Below the pieces are notes generated by a model. That model did no database searches, was not told the DNA's origin, and saw only the letters and a list, made by a program, of their open reading frames with translations. Positions 53,301 through 64,000 of a stretch of 64,000 bases of DNA are shown here, piece by piece. Within the stretch, counting starts at the first letter, position 1. Each line of letters starts with the position of its first letter. The DNA is from Tubulanus polymorphus (Eukaryota; Animalia; Nemertea). Location: contig NC_134030.1 in assembly GCF_964204645.1 (NCBI RefSeq), positions 12,483,947 to 12,547,946 on the forward strand, in the 5' to 3' direction. The translations under genes were made by a program, and so were the position numbers.

Positions 53301-56070
53301 CTCACTTACTACGTGCCCCAAGAACTTGAGGCGCCATTGGAAAAGCGAGCATTTTCTCGGTATAAGCTTGAGTCTGGCTTTCTCTTGTAGCTTTGTCAGG
53401 GTTGTTAAATTATGACTAAACACCACTACATCATCCAGGTAGATAAGGCATGTTTTCCGCGAAACATAGTCCAGTTCCATCGCCATCAGTCTGCTGAATG
53501 ACGCCGGGGCATTACAGACTCCAAACGGCATGACATTCCACTCAAACAGATGGTTTTTGGTTGTGAACGCGGTCTTATGCTTATCTGATTCCTTTATCGG
53601 GACCTGCCAGCATCTGCTGGTCAAATCAAGGGACGAGAACCAGGTCGCGCCTGATAAGGCCTCAGGGGTACATTCTATCCTACGGGTGAGCGTTCTTGAC
53701 TTTCGCGTCATTTAATCGGCGGTAATCACAGCATAAGCGAAGGGAACCATCAGCTATTTTCGCTAGAACTTTTGGGCTTGACCATGGGCTGGTGGATGGC
53801 CGGATCAAGTTGTGCTCTTAAAGCTCCTTGGTCATTCCCTCAACAAAAGCTCTTCTTCCAGGGGGTAGCCGACGGGGGTGTTGTTTTATCAGTTGGTGGT
53901 CACCAGTGTCGATCTCGAATTTAAGCAAATTTGTTCGACCTATGTCAAAGTCTCCTATCGAAAATACTGACTTGTGTTCTCGTATGATGTCGACAAGCTG
54001 TGTTTTCATGTCAGTGGGGATTTCAAGCTGGTCGATTTTCAATTCTCTCAGGAGGTTTATGAATTCATCATTGTCACCACCCTGCAGCTGGATTTCTGGG
54101 GTTGAGGGGTTTTGAGTATTTTCGTCGACAGTCATGATGTCAACTGACTGCAGGGGGCAGAATAGACCAATAGTCTGGCCCCTGTTGACTCTTCAAGCCT
54201 CATTCGAGAAGTTAGCCAGCCGAACAGGTATCTGGTTTTCCCAGTGCAGACTGTCTACAGCTGCTGATTATCCCTGAAATCGAATTATTATGAGCATAAC
54301 TCCATTTCATGAAGCCATTTACTACCACCTCGGATCCAGCTGGAATGATTTGGCTCTTACTGATGAACACCCTGCAAGCACTCGTGCGTTTGGGGCTCTG
54401 GCGAACAGGCACCTCGCTGAGGCTTCTGAATGGAGCACTTTGTTACGGTAATCTATGTTGCAGCCATATTTATGGAAGAAATCACTTCCGAGTAAGCAGT
54501 CTTGGGCAAAATCCTTGCTGACGATCATTGGGACATGAAATTCTTTGGTTCCAACTTTCACGCGTACCTCAGTTAACCTGCGTAGCTCCATTGGCTGACC
54601 AGTAGCTGTTGTCACAATTCCTTCAATTGGCCTCAGTTTGGTGGCTTCACCCGTCGGACTACTAGAGTCCCATACTGAACCTCTAATGATGGTGCAGGAG
54701 GCACCAGTGTCCAGGAGTACGACTGCTTTCGATCGGTCATTTACTACGGCGTCACAGAAAAGGGATGTAGCCTCACTGTCCCGATGTTTGTAACTAAGCT
54801 CGTCTGGGCCCGTTCTGTTTCTCCTGGTTGATCCTTGATGTTTCACAACTTGTGACAAGTGATTTTCGTAGCCGGACTGGGGGCCTCGCTGTTCTCCGAA
54901 GGGTCACGTCGATTTTCTTGATATCATTCGAATATGGTTTGGTGGTCTTACGGTGGTGGGGCTAGTATGATGGGAACCATCATAGTTGCATCTCTACTTG
55001 CATCACATCTTATCTTGCATCTCGTCTTGCGGGGGTTGTATACAGGTGTACAGGGGGACTATTTTCTGATAGGGTTTCCATTGCCCCCTGAAAACCCAGC
55101 TTTTCATTTCCCTGGTTTCCTTGTGATAGTTGGCAGTTACTTGAATAGTGTCCACTCCCCGGCAATTATAGCATTTCACTTGCGGGCACAAGTTTTTGGG
55201 TTGGTTTGCATCCCTGCAACGCCAACAGTTGTCATCGATAGGCGGTCGACCACAGCCATTACCAGTGACAACCACTTCCAAATGGCCTACACGAGTCATC
55301 AGCGTTCCCATCATCGATTTCAACTCATCGAGTTGTTTGAGCTAGTCGATTTCAGCTTGTTTGGTTAACGGACACATTTGGTTTATGGGTCGTGCCCTCT
55401 GTCAACTGTCTCGCTGTGTCCAAAGTCCGTGCCTGGGCAACTGCTGCAGCCAGTGAACTTGGCTAGGCTGCATACATTGACTGCTTTGCTGAGACAGGTA
55501 AGCTATTTCCTTTAAGAAATTGGTCTTTGGCCAATTCGTCCTGTAGCTCGAAGGCAATGCCAGGGTACGTGTTCCTTGCCAGTTCTACTGGCTGATCAGC
55601 ATCGCGTTCCAGCGATTCCGTTGTCTTTTGGTCCCTCCCTTTCAGCAACATCTTATACCATCCAAGTCTTTGTTGGGAACGGGATGATAGCCTCCGACAG
55701 AAATCAGCAAGTCTTTTTCCACCGTAATTCCAAATTTTGTTGCTGTTCATATCTGCAAATAAACAAAGATTACCTGTCACAGTTGTTTCCCACTATTTTC
55801 AGCGCAGAAAAATGTGATGAGCATTCCATTGGAATCAGATTCTTTCTGATAAGGCATAAAAAGAAATTTGAAGCTAGTAGCACTTATAAATTTCATATGA
55901 ATGAATAACAATGGATTAACTTTAAAGCTTTATTTTTGAGTTTGTGGATGTTATATTTATGTATATATCAATACAGGCTGTGACCGGCATCTGATGGGTC
56001 TAAGAATTATTGCTGCAGAAATGGGAATGGAAGATCACGCAATTTTTCAAGACCCACTTTGGCAAAAAAG
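29160..56070 (+). CDS. CROT: Peroxisomal carnitine O-octanoyltransferase (spliced, 3' end beyond window)
   Basis: Thirteen phase-compatible GT-AG exons: 29160-29301, 29397-29521, 29856-30037, 30109-30236, 32626-32837, 34168-34281, 34426-34527, 34612-34695, 44963-45073, 45146-45276, 45935-46058, 48942-49020, 55977-56070. Motifs: TFQYQDSLPSLPV, RNWLAKWW, NRWFDK, catalytic CDHSPFDG, HPDYFIQ, YETATTR..GRTETVR, GCDRHLMGL. CDH.PFD and TFQYQD favour CROT over CRAT or CPT2. Confidence 0.92.
29397..29521 (+). CDS. CROT: CROT exon 2
   Basis: VKAVAS...GIGKELQAKLEERGKIERNW. Confidence 0.9.
29856..30037 (+). CDS. CROT: CROT exon 3
   Basis: LAKWWDDAAYL...GTQIERAA. Confidence 0.9.
30109..30236 (+). CDS. 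CROT: CROT exon 4
   Basis: PLCMNQFRNLYSACKIP. Confidence 0.9.
31103..31314 (-). mobile_element. Solo LTR (212 bp)
   Basis: TGT...ACA ends, perfect 5-bp TSD ATATT (31098-31102, 31315-31319), AATAAA on the minus strand. Confidence 0.75.
32626..32837 (+). CDS. CROT: CROT exon 5
   Basis: HFVVQKSGRFF...LTADYRDKWAE. Confidence 0.9.
34168..34281 (+). CDS. CROT: CROT exon 6
   Basis: NNRCLRAIDTSLFTVILDD. Confidence 0.88.
34426..34527 (+). CDS. CROT: CROT exon 7
   Basis: GDGKNRWFDK...ACD. Confidence 0.9.
34612..34695 (+). CDS. CROT: CROT exon 8 (catalytic His)
   Basis: HSPFDG. Confidence 0.9.
36320..36502 (+). mobile_element. 3' fragment of the same HINE family (diverged)
   Basis: Ends ggtgtccctggacccctagtt. 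Confidence 0.65.
36608..37468 (+). mobile_element. HINE-like element nested in the CACATGTG-rich element
   Basis: 3' end caggtgggccatagcgcccccttggggctcttgtt; T-run insertion; interrupts the host repeat. Confidence 0.45.
38647..38927. mobile_element. MITE with TIR tggctccagttac
   Basis: 13-bp TIR; internal cctaaccct motif. Confidence 0.5.
39660..41142 (+). pseudogene. DIRS gag-like ORF1 (frameshifted, 5' truncated)
   Basis: Overlapping ORFs 39655-40350, 40050-41027 and 40780-41142 directly upstream of RT; Ser/Arg-rich N-terminus, basic C-terminus. Confidence 0.65.
41139..43169 (+). pseudogene. DIRS pol: RT, RNase H and Dam-like methyltransferase domain (two in-frame stops)
   Basis: RT: SLDLKDAYFQVPI, LPFGLSTAP, YLDD. 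RNase H: FTDASHQGWG, INFLEM, TDN, NVMADALSR. Methyltransferase-like: LDLFA...DAFSLDW...YAFPP...LVAP*W. Stops at 41853 and 42861. Confidence 0.92.
42836..44078 (+). pseudogene. DIRS tyrosine recombinase (frameshift near 43790)
   Basis: SARRSEIHAL (R), LAKNQ (K), LCPVRAL, HQVRS (HxxR), AFW, FTSFYLRD (Y). Confidence 0.9.
44345..44658 (+). repeat. DIRS internal complementary region and right terminal repeat
   Basis: 44381-44440 is the reverse complement of 44600-44658; aaaaaccataggaaagggta is repeated directly at 44345 and about 44596. Confidence 0.88.
44963..45073 (+). CDS. CROT: CROT exon 9
   Basis: PHELKFHVDERI. Confidence 0.85.
45146..45276 (+). CDS. CROT: CROT exon 10
   Basis: FGKNKLKSMKMHPDYFIQVVLQVAYY. 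Confidence 0.9.
45935..46058 (+). CDS. CROT: CROT exon 11
   Basis: TYETATTRAYYLGRTETVR. Confidence 0.92.
46190..48667 (+). mobile_element. Second HINE-like family with internal tandem units; hosts the 46634-47898 element; related copy at about 31900-32520
   Basis: Repeated cacccctattgaaaatggaggtcat..ggccatcttgaatt units; 3' tail shared with about 32365-32520. Confidence 0.55.
46634..47898 (+). mobile_element. Full-length HINE/Helentron-like element
   Basis: 5' subTIR/hairpin cccacttgggactttagtccca, (CCGT)n microsatellite, four 154-bp tandem units, 3' subTIR cccaagtggg, 3' hairpin; inserted in a T-run. Confidence 0.8.
48942..49020 (+). CDS. CROT: CROT exon 12
   Basis: VNEKYELLQKAMKTLHRLMTEGQQNK; phase 0-1. 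Confidence 0.85.
49481..49753 (-). mobile_element. 5' fragment of the same HINE family, inverted
   Basis: Reverse complement closely matches 46634-46910. Confidence 0.8.
50595..51250 (-). pseudogene. Extra ORF inside the Gypsy element: putative coiled coil plus SGNH/GDSL hydrolase-like domain
   Basis: IVLLGDSM (block I), CHSGERL (block II Gly), VVTHGMN (block III); no DxxH block visible; lies between integrase and polypurine tract, same strand as pol. Confidence 0.55.
51836..54858 (-). pseudogene. Gypsy pol remnant (PR-RT-RH-IN), many frameshifts, integrase core largely deleted
   Basis: ORFs 54322-54858, 53818-54135, 53223-53711, 52734-53141, 52189-52410, 51836-52189. Confidence 0.88.
55977..56070 (+). 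CDS. CROT: CROT exon 13
   Basis: GCDRHLMGL...IFQDP. Confidence 0.9.
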
Positions 56071-56675
56071 GTAATAATTCTTCTTGTAAACAAATTTGCA
56101 AGAAAATCATTAAAAAACAAATTGCCTGTATAAAATGTAATGAACTGGTGAATGATGCAAAAATCAAGTAGGTAGTTCCAACGTTCCGTAATGTTGAACA
56201 TAGCGAACATAGCATTGAACATAGTGAAACATAATGTTATAAATGATTCGACATTCTAAGGGAAATTTAGAAGGAATTTGAAGACAATGTTTAAGATCCG
56301 TTACTCGTGCCAGCCATGGTTTTTTCATGCACATAGCATAATGATGGACACCTTTTTGATAAAGGCCCCTGGCGCAGCTCTGTTCGTTGAGACAGAACAA
56401 TATAATATCAGTTCTTTTTATATTGGCCACTGTGTGGTAGGGTCCTCCAACTCTAATTTCCTATATCCCTGATACCGACAACAAAATACAAAACACAAAC
56501 TCTGGAATAAAATACTACAATATATATACATTTTATTATTAATATGGAAAATATTGAAATTATCAAATTATCAGATAGCTCAATTACGTCAATTACTAAA
56601 ATCAATCAATGACTTCAAATGATTAAAATTAACTAATACATATTAAATTCATTCATTAGACACAATCTAAAACAA

Positions 56676-57418
56676 AATATAGCTGCAATGCAGCGATAAC
56701 GGATTTCTGCCTTTCTGGATAGAATGTTGTACAGGGATGCGTGCAAACATTTCACCCGAAATCGGTTCGTAACATTCCGGTTTTTTGAAGGAGCGCTACT
56801 CAGGAGTCAGCTCATAACATGGATATGTTGACCCACATGTGCTACTACGTGCAAAGTACTAATGTGCCAAGTTTAGGGGAAAAATCATTGAGAATAACAA
56901 AGATATGGTGTTTTTACCAATTTTCTTTATATCCGCAAACAAACCAAATATTATTATAGAATGTTTAAAAGGAACTGCTTTTTATAACGGTATGAGTGAA
57001 CTTATTTCACAAACAAGGAAGTACATTTTGAACTTGTGAATGGTCGAACCCCAGTTATTCACAGTAAGCTGTGATTTGGACATTCTTGGAGCCTTCCTTC
57101 TTTATTTACTTATGAAATGACGTCACCAACTTCCAGATTTGCACAAATCCGCTCCATAATTGGCGATTGCTATTTCCACCACTGCTATCTTTGAGTGATT
57201 TTAAGTTTTAAATAGGATGCCCAGTACATTCATAGAATCTACGCGGAGAAAGAGACTGTTATGTTACTATCACAGTTAAACATTTCGTTAAAAAGCTGAT
57301 GGTTGTGGAATATGATAGAAGATGAATTTTATGTACAAAAAAAAGTGGAAAATATGTAATAATAATAATCAGCAGGAATGCAATAGGGTTTCTGCTGCTT
57401 TTGCAGAAACCCTAATAA
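56676..57418 (-). mobile_element. HINE-like element (third family)
   Basis: 5' hairpin gggtttctgc..gcagaaaccc followed by (TAT)n; 3' subTIR plus gctgcattgcagc hairpin. Confidence 0.65.
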
Positions 57419-57774
57419 AATGATACCATGAATCCGCGAATCTGTCGACGAACCTTCCTTGCTGCTGACGATCTTCCGATCGAGGTTATAATTCAAATAA
57501 TTCCATGACGCAAAAATACTCACACAGACACAGAGACACAGAAACACAGTCAGTTTTCATGAAGCACTAAATGAATTCACACGTTGAAAAATACCGCTCA
57601 GAAACGTACGCAAAATTACAACCACTCCCGCAGTCCACCTGAATTCCTAGCCGAAAAGTCCAGTTCAAATTAAAGGTCCAATCTTGCTAGCAGTAACTGT
57701 CCAAGAACAAAACATTAAACATAGCTGCAAAGCAGCGATAACGGGTTTTCTGCACAGTCTTAGAATCCTGTTCA

Positions 57775-58010
57775 ACGGTGGATTTCGACAAAGCATTTGA
57801 TGAGGCACAACATCAGCCATTACTAAATAGGCTATTAGGAAACAGTATCAATGATAGGTCGCCCAAATGGTTCAGCAGTTATCTCTGAACGAAAACTTGT
57901 AGCCGAAATCAACGGAACACCTCATCTTGGAATAAGTCAGTCTAACTAGTGGAGTCACGCAAGGTAGCATCCTAAGTCGTCTTCTGTTTAATGTCCTGAC
58001 AAATGACATA
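57775..58010 (+). pseudogene. CR1/L2-type LINE RT fragment (second copy inverted at about 60000-60237)
   Basis: DFDKAFDEAQHQPLLNRL...SGVTQGSILSRLLFNVLTNDI, resembling DFxKAFD...GVPQGSILGPLLF. Confidence 0.7.
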
Positions 58011-59029
58011 CACAGTAATCCAAAATATACCAGACCGAGTAAATTTCCAAACATGCTCTTCGACCAAAAAACTTAATGTTCCGACAAAAAAATCTTGTTC
58101 GAGTGAAAACAATTCAGTTTGATCGAACAATACGCTTTTTGTTTGAACCAAAACTTTCTTCATTCTGACAAAATAATGTGTTCGAATGAAAAGCTAAGTT
58201 ATTGTTGAAATGAAAAACTTTTTGTCCCAGCAAAAAAATTTGGGTGAGTGAAAATTTTTTAGAACGAATGTTTGAATGAAAACAATTCTGTTCGATTGAA
58301 CGAAATACTTAATACTTTCGGTTCAGAGAAAAAACTTTTTACAATATACTTGTTCGAACGAAAAACTTAATGTTCTGACAAGAATATTCTGTTCAAATTA
58401 AAACGATTCTGGTCGATTGAACGATTGTTCAAAAGAAAAACCTTTCGTTTGGACAAAAAAGAAGTTTGTTCAACTTTGTTCTAATGATTTTTTCAAATTG
58501 GTTCAATCGAAAAGAATATTATTGGTTGGAATGAAATAAATTTTGTTCCGACGAAAGAATTTTCAAGCGAAAGGTCTTTTGAACGAAAAAAAAGCAATTT
58601 CTGAGGCTCCGCAGTAACTTAAAGCCGGACGTAGGTCGGCCTTGTGACACGATGCGATCCTTGCAAGTTTCGGTGCAAGTCGGTTGCGATACGATTGTCA
58701 GCGACTGTGTGCGACTAGTTTCTGCCAGTCCAAGAGTGCGTCGGTTGGTTGTGACAGTGGTGTTGCGTCGCAGAAAGTAGAACACCTGCGACTCCTTGCG
58801 ACTGGCATTGCTGAAAGTCGAAACCCGTCGCAAGGGAGCATAGGTCGATGAGTTGTTGCCACACAATCGTCACTGGCGGTCGCAGTGATTGGCGTCGCAG
58901 TGAGTCACAAGTCTGCGACCTAGGCCCTGCTTAAGTCATTAGGAATTAATGAAATACCAGTTTCTTAAGCCTGACCATTTGAGTTTTTTCATCATAAATG
59001 AAACTGGTATTTCATGAATTGCTAATGAC

Positions 59030-59366
59030 TTAAGCCGGACGTAGGTCGGCTTTGCGACAGCTTGTGACTCACTGCGACGCCATTCATTGCGACCGCCAGC
59101 GACAATTGTGTCGCAACGACTCATTGACCGACGCTCCCTTGCGATGGGTTGCGACTGTCAGCAACACCAGTCACAAGGAGTCGCACGTGTTCTACTTTAT
59201 GCGATGCGACACGACTGTCACAACCGACCTACGCGCTCTTGCGACTGGCAGAAACTATAGTCGCAAACAGTTGCTGACAATCGTATCGCAACCGACTTGC
59301 ACCGAAACTTGCGATGCAACGCAATGATCGCATCGCGTCACAAGGCCGACCTACGTCTGGCTTTAA
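59030..59366. mobile_element. MITE with TIR aagccggacgtaggtcggc and TTAA-like flanks (homologous copy 58619-58932)
   Basis: Terminal inverted repeats visible; tgcgac-rich interior. Confidence 0.6.
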
Positions 59367-62300
59367 GTTACTGCGGAGGACCAGAAATATTTTCTTTTTC
59401 GTTCAAAAGACCTTTCGCTTGAAAATTCTTGCGTCTGAACAAAATTTATTTCGTTCGCACTTATAATGTTCTGTTCGATTGAACCATTTTGAGAAAATGG
59501 TTAGAACAAAGTTGAAGAAACTTTGTTGAAGAAACTTTTTTCTGTCCAAATGAAAGGTTTTTCGTTCGAACAATCGTTCGATCGAACAGGATCGTTTTAA
59601 TTTGAACAGAATTTTCTTGTCAGATCATTAAGTTTTTCGTTCGAACAAGTATATTGTAAAAAGTTTTTTCTCCGAATCAAAAGTATTGAGTAGTCCGTTC
59701 AATCGAAAAGCATTGTTTTCATTCAAACATTCATTCGAAAAAAATTGTTTTTCGCTCAACCAAATTTTTTGCCGGGACAAAAAGTTTTTCATTTCAACAA
59801 TAACATAGCTTTTTATTCAAACACATTTTTCGTCAGAATGAAGAAAGGTTTTGGTTCAAACAAAAAGCATATTGATCGATCAAACAGAAATGTATTCATT
59901 CGAACAAGATTTTCTTGTCAGAACATTAACTTTTTGGGTCAAACCGCGTGTTAAATTCGTTTTGGAAATGTACTCGGTCTGGTATATTTTGAATTACTGT
60001 GTATGTCATTTGTCAGGACATTAAATAGAAGACGACTTAGGATACTACCTAGCATGACTTCACTAGTTAGACCGACTTATTCCAAGATGAGGCGTTCCGT
60101 TGATTTTGGCTACAAGTTTTCATTCAGAGATAACTGCTGAGCCATTTGGGCGACCTATCATTGATACTGTTTCCTAATAGCCTGTTTAGTTATGGCTGAT
60201 GATGTGCCTTATCAAATGCTTTGTCCAAATCCACCATTGAACAGGATTCTAAGACTGTGCAGAAAACCCGTTATCGCTGCTTTGCAGCTATATTTATTAT
60301 TATTATTTTCTTCTACACTATTTTTACCAAAAGAACATAGGCTTTTTTACATTACCGCTGTTGCCGATACAATCCGTCTGATATCATTCAGCTCAGTTCG
60401 ATCTACAAATACTCCGTGCAAATTTTGAAGAATCAACGTTACAAAAGCACTGTCGAGCCGTAAACATCGAAAATTGAACCCCATTCAAAGGGCCGACATG
60501 TTTTTCTAAGTTGTCTTTCCGAAATCTACCGCACGTTTCTTGTCACATCGATTATCAATTCAAGCATAAATTAACAAATTTATTACCCAAAGATTGCACA
60601 TTATGTCGCGGTTTTTAAAAACTAATTTAAACAATAGCCCATTTTCCTCATCAAATCATATTACCGATAGACAGGAAATTTACTATTTTAGATTTTATAA
60701 GCACTGTTGAGCCGTAAACATCAACAAATCGATGTGTGTCCCTACATCGTCGTTCCGGGGATCAGCTGCGAGTTTCTCCTCATCATGAGAATCAAATCGA
60801 GTACAAATTCATTTATTACTACCAGTGATTTGGCCGCGGGCGTCAAGCAGTTAGTTTAGCAAAACCCCATTTTCTTTATCAAATTAACCGTGTATTTACT
60901 AAGATAAATCATAAGTGTACCGGGGAGCCTAAACGAAACACGCCGAAGAGATATAGCTGAGAAAAGCTGTTATGTCGACGAGGTATCAAAATAAAAGAAT
61001 ACATTACTTTATTCGCCCGCGGGCTTCAACCTCTATATCAATACCATCAATTCTCTATATTTCCTACAGTACATACCGATCATTGTCAAATGCACAAGGT
61101 ATTTACTAAATACAAGTATATAACACACTCCTTTCCGTATGCTGGACTCACACTTGACATTCGGAGTAAGCGTTCGCTGTGGGGGAAAGGGGATAGTTCG
61201 CTGTGTTGCTTGAAGTGTTTATCAAGTTTGACGCGGCTTTAGGCCTACCGGTACTGACCTTTACTGTCTCAAACAAACAGTATAATTGTTGCGTTTATTA
61301 ATGGACTCATTGGATTGAACTTCAAAACTAAATTTATGATATTTAGGAGGGTTGTTATTCAATAAGCCTACGACCAATCTGTCCGGATGTTAGGCCTACG
61401 CATATACATAGGCTGGTAGCCTCTACTTGGTTAAAGCCAAGTTCACTGTAAATGAGGAATCAGATTTATTAAAATGCATGTGTAATTAGTGATTAACTGG
61501 TTCTGACTTGCAACGATCAATCACAATTATCAATTTCATTGGCAAAAATGAAGATTTTTTTTTCAAATTTCGGCTGAGCAGACAGCTTTATAAGCCAGAC
61601 CATTTGATCGTTGCAAGTCAGAACCAGTAAATCACTAATTACACATGCATTTTAATAAATCTGATTCCTCATTTACAGTGAACTTAGCTTTAACCTAGTA
61701 GAGGCTACTAGCCTATGTAGGCCTATGTGCGTAGGCCTAACATCCGGACAGATTGGGCCTTAAGGTAGCGTAAAACTCAATAAAATCTTCAAGCGACACA
61801 GCGAACGATCTCCTTTCCCCCACAGCGAACGCTTACTCCGAATGTCAAGTGTGAATCCAGCATACGGATAGGAGTGTGTATATACTTGTATTTAGTAAAA
61901 ACATTGTGCATTTGACAACGATCGGTATGTACTGTAGGAAATATAGAGTATTGATGGTATTGATATAGAGGTTGAAGCCCAAAGGCCGAATAAAGTAACC
62001 TATTCTTTTATTTTGATACCTCGTCGACATAACAGCTTTTCTCCGCTACGTATATCTCTTCAGCGTGTTTAGTTTAGGCCTACGACTCCCCAGTACACTA
62101 AAGATTTATCTTAGTAAATACACGGTTAATTTGGTAATGAAAAATAGGTATTGTTAAACTAACTCCTTGAAACCCGCAGCCAAATCACTGGTAGTAATAA
62201 ATTAATTTGTACTCGATTTGATTCTCATGATGAGGAGAAACTCTCAGCTGATCCACGGAATGACGATGTAGTGACACACGTCGATTCGTCGATGTTTACG

Positions 62301-64000
62301 GCTCGACAGTGCTTTTAAAATCTAAAGTAGTAAATTTCCGGTGTATCGGTAATATGATTTGATGAGGAAAATGGGCTATTGTTAAAATAACTGTTTGAAG
62401 ACCGCGGCTGAATGTGAAGTCTGCGGCAATAAATTAGTTCATTTATACTTGAATTGATAATCGAAGTGAATATTGGCCTGCGGTTTGATTTCGGGATGAC
62501 GACTCGAAAAACATGTCGCCCCATTGAATGGGGCTAAATTTTCGATGTTTACGGCCCGACAGTGCTTTTGAAACGATGATTCGTGTCTCAGTGAGCTGAA
62601 CGATATCATACGGATTGTATCGACAACAGCGGCAAGGTAACAAAGCCTTAGTTCTTTTAGTGAAAATAGTGTGACATAAAATAATAATAAGAAGAAACAC
62701 GCGAATCTCAATAGGGTTTTCTGTGATGTAACAGAAAACCCTAATAATCACGCGGATATCAATAGGGTTTTCTGTGAAATAACAGAAAACCCTAATTATC
62801 GAACATATCCGCGTTCTCCGATCACACTCGATTTTAAAACCTTCCAATACAGAGGAGAAGTATACCGGTAGGTCTGGCAACTACTGACGGGTAATTGTAC
62901 AGTTATCAAAAATCCACAGATTAGCGATCTGATAGTCATTATATTAAAATACGCTGGGTGTAAAGTCAACCCCAGGAAAATGTCGTTCAAGACAATACAG
63001 ATTAGCAACGTCTTCGGACCAATACAAGCGTATTCCGCCAAATCGCTCTACACCCTATTCAAATTCAATTATTGCTCTACTTGAAATCGGCAATTCGATG
63101 AAATATTCGCTCTCGAACTGAAATCTTTAGGTAACACTAGAATCCTCTTCTCCAACTTATTAAATCCAATTACCAGGTCGGTAAAAAAGATAACTTATAG
63201 TAAGTTTAAATTTTGTCAATTCCAGTCCACAAGCCGTGGAACTAGACAAAAACTTTAGACGGAATTTCATAAGGTCTTTGGTTAAGAACCTTCTCCTTCG
63301 AAATCTCAGAAGCAAGTCCTGTTGCACCCATGCACTCCTACAGGGATCCGCTGCAGGATGTCACATGACTAACCACTAAATAAAAAGTAAAACCTAACTT
63401 GAGGTGTCTCAGCAGTGAAAAATGGCTCAAAATTATGGTATAAATTATAATTAGAATTTTAGAAAGATTCCCGTAAAATAACTCAGACTTAACTCAAAAA
63501 TTAAATGAAACGACTAAATAATTCTAATTCACTGCTGATCACTCAAGTTAACCCCCGTACAGCCCACGTTAAGTTTCGAATTTTCTATGAAAATGTCAAA
63601 TGAAAATGATAGATAACTGAGTCCTGCAAGTATTTCCTTTTCGGTGAAAAGGATAGCTCCCCGGAACTTCAGTGCAAACTGCAGTTACAGACCTGCTCTA
63701 AGACACCCCGACTGTGTGACCCATAGATAATAATGAACATTGTAACTACTGGTTACATTAATGTTTAAGAAAAATCTTTCTCTTGCGATACTCACTGATT
63801 GTCAGCACTGTTGTAGGAAAAATCTCAGGTGGGATTGTAATTGCTCAGCATTTTGCTTCACCCACCTGGGGGATGTTGAATATTCCCTCCATATACATAC
63901 AGGCTGCAACAGTTGACCAATTTTTAAACTTCATACACATGTTGTCTAATATCAATCTTATAGAAATAATTGTGGCCACGATATTTCCAACAAATTCACC

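Larger units (their letters stand above)
50025..55780 (-). mobile_element. Ty3/Gypsy LTR retrotransposon, decayed, 5' LTR missing, in CROT intron 12
   Basis: Minus-strand order gag (ESLE..KDQFLKG, degenerate CxxC knuckles), protease (LLDTGAS), RT (MPFGVCNAP, YLDD), RNase H (LDCDAT..GGVLSQ), integrase C-terminus (WNGPY); polypurine tract GAAGGGGGTGG (50200-50190) followed by TGTGATGG at 50189. Confidence 0.9.
57721..62798 (-). mobile_element. Two nested HINE-like copies with an internal inversion, forming two adjacent giant palindromes
   Basis: 57721-58965 is inverted at 59000-60291; 60293-61520 is inverted at 61604-62692; two 5' hairpins at 62712-62743 and 62763-62794; two 3' ends at 57721 and 60291. 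Confidence 0.7.

Noticed and set aside
56164-56430. HUH/Replitron-like Rep fragment (GVHHYAM)
   Set aside because: No proper HUH motif or supporting upstream motif; similarity too weak

Overview
Eukaryotic, AT-rich, transposon-dense genomic DNA from an animal, most likely an invertebrate. Two spliced genes lie on the + strand. The first is a CCDC14-like coiled-coil gene (7 coding exons, 1185-12332; start codon not found, probably upstream of the window). The second is peroxisomal carnitine O-octanoyltransferase CROT (13 coding exons, 29160-56070; last exons beyond the window). Introns and intergenic DNA hold a 5'-truncated, decayed DIRS1-like tyrosine-recombinase retrotransposon (gag, RT/RNase H/methyltransferase-like domain, YR, ICR/ITR), a decayed Ty3/Gypsy element with an extra SGNH-esterase-like ORF where env usually sits, several HINE/Helentron-type non-autonomous elements, many MITEs (piggyBac-, Tc1/mariner-, Harbinger-, IS3EU-, Kolobok-like) and a solo LTR. 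A 1168-bp tandem duplication carries a minimal hammerhead-ribozyme-like motif in each unit. A 5-kb double palindrome near the end is best explained as an inversion inside two nested HINE copies. Most ORFs in the supplied track are spurious.
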